A DNA stretch of 58,487 nucleotides, filler included, from Bipalium vagum (lineage: Eukaryota): assembly GCA_037834085.1 (NCBI GenBank). It is 3 parts of 3 records of this genome, joined end to end, with 100 filler letters (N's around TTAATTAATTAA, not from the genome) between each part and the next. Parts side by side here need not be neighbours in the genome. Positions count along the whole stretch, not along the records: positions 42,772 to 58,487 come from JBBMKC010141333.1; 2 more parts are not named here. The stretch is one strand, 5' to 3'. How positions within the stretch are numbered: the first letter of the stretch is position 1; every line of letters starts with the position of its first letter. The position numbers and the translations under genes were made by a program. Below the pieces are notes generated by a model that did not search any database, had not been told where the DNA came from, and saw only the letters and a program-made list of their open reading frames with translations. This document shows, piece by piece, positions 52,301 to 58,487 of the stretch.

Positions 52301-55300
52301 TTTTTAAAGAAATGTATATTAATTATTAATTATGCTTTGATTTTCGTTTTGAAAGTTAACTATTGATTAATCGTTAATTCTAACTAAGTTAAATATTGAA
52401 ACAAATTTTAATCGTTAACAACTCTAAAAGATATTTCCCAAAAAAAGAATTAATAAAATCCCATTTACTTTCAGTAGTTTATGTGAAAAATATTGTTTTT
52501 AATTGGTATTTTATTCAGAGTTCATGGTTATACAAATTAATTTTTATCACTCTTAAATAAATATGTTCAAAGCATAAGAAAAGGTAAAAATAAAATAATA
52601 TATACTTTTCCCAGAGAATTAACGCCTTTCAATAAAACAGCTAGAACAACTATCCAGGCTAATAATAAACATAAAAATAATTTCCATTGCGGAACTCCCA
52701 TATCAAAAATAGTTGATGATATATTTAGGACTGTTCTTCTGAAAAGAAAAGGTTAATATTTTTAATTAATTTTTAATAATTTATAATTTATATATAAAGA
52801 AAAATTTTTACATGGCCTAACATGATAAAAATTATTAAATAAGTCAAAGGAATTAATACTGTTCTGTTTTTTGAGTATACTAAACCTCTAAACCATAAAA
52901 AGGGAATGTTTTAATTTTTTCAATTTAGTTAGATGTTGTTTTATAATTTTTTCTTTCGATAACCATCTTATCACTGTGTGCAATAGTAAGTGAACATAAT
53001 GAGAATCCATATCCTTGCATAGCAACTGAAAATTTTGGATCTCAAATTTTAATTATTAAAATTAATGAATATTAAAGCAATTTTTACTAATATCTCTTCG
53101 CGGCACACCAGCAATCATTCCACGGCACACTAATGTGCCACGGCATAGTGTTTGGGGACCAATGTTTTAGAGAGTTAATTTTTCTGGATTTTATGAAGAC
53201 ATATTAAATATCAACTCTATCTGATAAAAATAAAATGCTTTCAATATCTAGATCCTTAATCCTTTAAATAGATAAACATGCTAATGATAAATTTCTGTTT
53301 TAAAATTTTATAAAAGTACACTTAGGCTTAGATCAATTATAAAAAATTATTATGGTCCATTTTAACAAATCGGAATTATTGTCTAATTATATTATAAGAG
53401 TCGATAAATATTTCTATTCAAAATGACCCATGATTATAAAATTTTAAAAATTTCATTATGAAAAACAATAAATAATTAAAGTTTTATTTTAAGGATTATT
53501 TTTATTATTTAAAATAAAATTTGACCTTGAAAAATCATAAGATTTTGTGTATCATAAATTATGGTAATTATAATAATTAATTTATTTTAAGAAAGCAGTT
53601 TTAATAATATTTTACATTTTAGACAGAAAAATTAAAAATATTAATCAAAGAAACGTTGATTTTACAAAAGAAAAATTCTAAAATGCCAATTATATAAGGA
53701 GTCATGGAAAAATAATAATTTGGAATTATTTGATTGGCTAATTTTTAAAAATTTCTGATCATTGTTTTAAATGAATTCAACCAGAACTTGAAATTTTATA
53801 TTTTTATATTAGGTGTATTAGTATGATTCCGACTGTTCTTTAATAAAAAAATATAGTTTTTAAAAGCTTTACTTAATTACATTTAATCAAAATATTTTCC
53901 ATTTACAGATATGACATTTGGCCATCTTTTAGGCAACGAATGGACTCCATGAAAAAATATTCTGGTTCCTTTGAAGAAATTCATCTATCAATATATTTTT
54001 GAAGGTTTTCAACGGAACTGAGCCGCTTTCCAGAAAGCTCGGATTCTATCGAGCGGAACAAATGGAAATCCAAATGAACAATATCTAGTGAATATGGTGG
54101 GTGATGTAAGACTTAAAAGTTTGCAACTTCTCAGTAATTATTTACAGTAGAATGAACATGTGGTCCCTTTTTATCGTCTAGTAAAATTATCTTATCACGT
54201 CTGTCCGCCCTTTCAGACCATTTCTTTTTCAGAACTCGATTCAAACGTATTAATTGGGATCGATAATGTTCACAAGTCATCGTTTCTGATGGTTTTAACA
54301 TTTCATAACACAGGTATGCCAAAAAATGTTTTTTTCTTGCACTTCGAATATTTTTACATATTCGGAATTGTCGTACTTAAATTAATATGTATGTCAAATT
54401 TTTCGACAATCTGTCGCCCGTTTTCGAGAAAATCAAAATGTTTTTAATATTTTTATGTCTATCTAATTTTTTCTTAATAAAATTTTATTTTTTTATTTAA
54501 TTTCGACTATTCAATATAAGATTTATGAAATAATCTGCATCCAGAAAGAAGGAAAAATGATACAATACGACACTAACTGTATTTAGTGAACATTATTAAC
54601 AATCAAGCAATAGTTTTTTTAGATTTAAAGAGTTTGATCTTCATTTTTAACAACTATGTGTATTCAGCAAGCATTTCTTTGTTCAAGCATCTTTGTGCAA
54701 CCTTTCCACATGCTCATCGGAAAAAATACCTAAAAATCTTTCATATTGCTCTTTGTGTTTAAACAACATGTGCATTTTAGTGGTCACACTTATACAGCTC
54801 AAAGCTGGAAAGCTAGACATTAAAAATTCGATTTTTTTCTTTCCAGTCTTCCTTCACATCCTTTCAACCAGTTCTTTGGTAATTGACACCAAGGTAAGTC
54901 ATCCAAAAAAACATTGATGGACTCGGAATTAGAAAAACCCTAAATAATACATTTACTTCTTTCATCTACGTGTCGAAATGTGACAGAAATTTTTTCTTCA
55001 AATCTGGATCCTTTTTAAGCATGATATTAAAATTGTTTGACATTAATTTACTGAGAATTAATTCTCTACAAAAATCAGTGAATGTTTCTAAGGACCATTT
55101 AAATTCTATTGTGTCCAGTGAAACAGTAAATTTTGTTAAATTACTGATTTCTTTTTGAAGTTCTTGATATTTAATGATATTCAGGGATCGAAGTTCGAAA
55201 TTTTGTCATATGGAGACTTGATATCTACGAGAAATATTTGTTTCTTCTTGGTCATCGTAATTTTCAGATCTGGACGCATATTGAATTTGCTTTCCGGCCA

Positions 55301-56923
55301 TTTTTTGTCCATCTCAATATTGTATGATTTATTTTTGAGGATTATTATGAGCTCTTGCAGAATATTGTTATGTCTCTTAATCCTCCATTCTTTTTTACAG
55401 CGACAGAGAACATGAGCTTGCGTTTCAGATGCATTACAGCCTCTTCTACAACTTACTTTTTCTTCGTAAGCCTCCGTAAGAACTTGTGATCATACGAAAT
55501 CATCATATTCGTCAATTGCAGCAGTTATTCCAAGACCTCTCAGCTTCTGATGTGCGTAAAGATATGAGTTATTAAGCTAGTTTAGAGGAATGTTGATGAT
55601 GCCTTTAATAAGTTTTCGAATTTCCTCATCATATCCAATTTGTTGAATTTCGCTAATACTATGTTTTCCACTCGGAGATGAGGGGAATAGTATATTAATC
55701 ATTCGATTTCTCAAGTGGAAAGGTAACCTTGGTTGTATAAATATTTTCAAAATTTTGATTTTCTGTGCAGGTGATAAATTCTTATTGCAGACTTTATTAA
55801 AATTTTCGGTGTTTTCATTCCAAAGTTTTTCAATATTCTGGCGCTTCTTGTTCCCGAATGAAATACCTAAGTAATCATATGTGATATCACCAAGGATCTT
55901 AGGCAGTCTCTCATTTTCTATATGTAGTTGATTGGAGTCATTTTCATTTGAGTCGAAGTACCCGCATTTGTTTACTCCAAATTTTAGTCCCAAATTTTTT
56001 GCCATTTGTTGAGTTAGTGAGAGAGTATCTACAATTTTATCGAATGAGTCTGATATTAGCACTATGTCGTCGGCATAGACTAATGATGATAATTGAATGC
56101 CATGAAACATAAATCCATTACTCAAGTCACCAATATATCTAAATATATAATCGATTGCTAAACAGAGGAAAATATTGGTATTAAGAGAGGACATCCTTGC
56201 TTAACTCCCCTGGATATGGTTATTGGCTCGGTACATACGTGGTTACACAAGTAAATACTTTTACTTTCCTTGTATATATTCTTTATTAAGAAAATAGTGT
56301 GCTCATAGAGTCCCATTTCTTGAAGTGTGAACCAAAAAAATTTTGAATTTGTACATAACATAACATAATCGATTACATACTGTTAAAATTTCTTGTCATA
56401 TTAGTGAAATAAATCACACTTTTTTGATTCTACCAGATACAAAGCATCACTTTAGACCCATGGATATTCTGTTTGGGTGTTGATTGTACACGATCATACA
56501 AATAATATATGATACTAATTTAATTTATTCATTGAACCACAAATTTTTATAAAAGTCTGAATCATATAAATACACCTAATAAATAAATAAATAAATATTT
56601 TTTGATTTTATTTTTAGAATACGAAATGATTGCCTATCCTTAAATCCGTCAAATAATAAAAAAATTTAAAAAATTAGTAAAGAAAACGTACTCAAAATAT
56701 TGCTCTGATGGGCTGAGTCGGGTTTTATTTGGATTGGCTAAGGACCAATTAAGGGGATCAGTTTTGGAGTCAAAGCATGAAATATCATTAAGATTTTCAT
56801 CGCAATACGTCCAAGGCAAAAGAGAATTAAAACTAGCAAATAAATAGTATATACTTTGAGCTATGATTACGTTATAGTATGTAGACAAAATAAAGGATGT
56901 CAGCACCATTCCATATCCGATTC
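48741..56923 (-). CDS. SLC6 sodium/chloride-dependent neurotransmitter/amino-acid transporter (GlyT/PROT-like), partial, TM3 to EL4
   Basis: Phase-consistent exons 56923-56692, 52738-52606, 49183-48945, 48865-48741. Motifs [85 protein letters not shown]. Confidence 0.93.
50806..51898 (-). mobile_element. Mariner (mellifera-like), both TIRs, internally decayed, in SLC6 intron
   Basis: TIRs TTGGGTTGGCAAGAACATAATTACCGA / TTTGATTGGCAAGAAAAAATTGCCGA with TA flanks; HHDNAKP and SDYH remnants. Confidence 0.85.
53095..53165. mobile_element. hAT terminal fragment
   Basis: Repeated CGGCAC motifs and a GTTTGGGGACCAATG end. Confidence 0.45.
53809..54330 (-). mobile_element. Mariner 3' half (mauritiana/Mos1-like)
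   Basis: TIR TTAGGTGTATTAGTATG; [34 protein letters not shown] and HHPPYS.DI. Confidence 0.82.
54620..55150 (-). mobile_element. Chapaev-like (CMC superfamily) transposase C-terminal relic
   Basis: [45 protein letters not shown] resembles the K-x-H...H...LG..SDE.GERFHQD signature as I recall it. Confidence 0.6.
55160..56361 (-). mobile_element. Non-LTR retrotransposon with RT and restriction-like endonuclease (R2/R4/NeSL group), truncated
   Basis: [20 protein letters not shown], zinc knuckle [24 protein letters not shown] and RPDL...LVDIKSPYD; frameshifted. Confidence 0.9.
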
Positions 56924-58487
56924 CTAGGAAAAAATTATGCAGATTAAAATCCAAAATTATTTGTCGAAGAATAATTTTTATAGAATTAAGAAAGTAATAA
57001 ATTGTATTTTAAAAAATTATATTTTATAATTCATTTATTTATAATGATAATGGGTTGGAGTTTGATTTAACTGTTGCATTTATAATTTTTTATAATTCTG
57101 AAAATCAGGAAATTCCTGTGATCTATGGAGTAACTCCCATGGGGCTTGTCAAGAATGATAAGATAAGTATCTTCTTGTTCGTGGGATTCTTTGGTGTTTT
57201 ATATCTTGTGCATCCAGATAGGATTGTTGAGGCCGGTATTGTTTAAGATTTATGTGCCTAGTACTAGGGATATTTAATCTCGTTGGTATTGGTACCAGAC
57301 TTTTTTTTCTCGTAACGTTGATGCCGATCGTTGGATGTTTCAATAATTTCGATGAATAGGTCTCGGTTCCCCTGGTCAATTGGTGTACCGGGTAGACAGC
57401 TGGTAAAATCTCTTGGTCGTCTGAGAGCCATCAAGAAATATGACAGTTAAATCAAGAGACCCTGATAATTATTTCAATAAAACTTAGCATTGGAATTTAG
57501 GTAAAATAATAACGAATTAAACTTGTTTTCTATGATTGCCTTAATTTTATGATTCTGTTAAGAATGATTAACAGAGAACGTATGTCCAAATAGAATATAG
57601 AAGCGACTATCAAAAATCCAACTAACAATATGTTTATATTTTTATATTTTAGACTATGAAATGTTTAAGAAAAATGTATTTAAGCAAGGTATACTTGCTA
57701 AATGCTCAGGGGCATGTTTAATTAACATTCTCTTAAAAGGAGAATTTGCATATTTATTTCATTCCCGCTAATTTTGTTAATAAAGAATGAGTCTGTCTCG
57801 ACAACTATAAGGCACTCAGAGTGATGAGGCTTTTGAAAGAAAACCTCATTGATCCAAAGATAAATCCAGAGAAATATTTCAATTCCTTTGACTGTAAATT
57901 TTCGATTTCTTGAAATCATAAAAGAATAAATGTTCACTGAACATATCTCAGAAATTCAATAATTAGAAATCTGAAAAAAGTTTAATATTTTTAAAATTAT
58001 TTATTTTTCCCATCGAGTTTTTGGCTTGGTTACAAAGTGAAAGTCACATATGATGAAATTCTTCTTTGATAAATAAAAATATAATTAAAAAATAAGTGTT
58101 TTTAATTAATATCTCCCAATATTTTCATTAGATGTGACAGCCGCTGAAGAAATTTTAAAGTAAATACGTTTAGTAAAACAAAACAACCAAACAATAACTT
58201 ATTGATAGTGAATTATAAATTTCAAAAATAATATAAATAAATAAATTTTATTAAAACATATCAAATTACTCGATCATAAAGGAGTAAAAGAAATTTTATC
58301 GAAACTTAAAAATATTGACGTTAATTATTTGATTAAACTAATTATATTTGCATTATTTCCTTTTGATAGTGATAAATGAATATAAAACTGATAATAATAT
58401 TAGTAATAAATTTAAATTAATATTAATGTTAATCTTATGTTTAATATTTTTGTTATAATTATTATTAGCATTAGTATTAGTCTTAAT

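Noticed and set aside
54693-55415. Plus-strand ORFs in the SLC6 intron
   Set aside because: Antisense to TE coding relics.
2109-56923. Alternative genetic code or stop readthrough
   Set aside because: All conserved host exons are stop-free in the standard code; stops occur only in frameshifted TE relics.

Overview
Very AT-rich eukaryotic (animal, probably invertebrate) genomic DNA in three segments joined by two artificial 100-nt spacers (N44-TTAATTAATTAA-N44). Segment 1 (1-26654) holds a complete 12-exon calcineurin A gene (- strand), a divergently oriented 3-exon calmodulin-like gene, an intronless E2 ubiquitin-conjugating enzyme and two tRNA-Ala(CGC)-derived pseudogenes. Segment 2 (26755-42671) holds internal exons of a DCC/neogenin-type Ig/FN3 protein (+). 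Segment 3 (42772-end) holds four internal exons of an SLC6 transporter (-). Introns are bimodal: 42-180 nt, or 0.6-5 kb and filled with decayed transposons (several mariner subfamilies, Tc1, rosa-like, maT-like, Chapaev-like, hAT and pogo MITEs, an RT+RLE non-LTR element, gypsy-like relics). I found no clear-cut novel system. The best leads are a candidate cryptic terminal exon that would truncate calcineurin and end it in a PxIxIT-like motif, the calcineurin/calmodulin-like pairing, the tRNA-Ala duplicates bracketing the CaM-like and E2 genes, an unusual SLC6 substrate pocket and two structured GC-rich islands. All exon models were derived by hand and no database searches were run.
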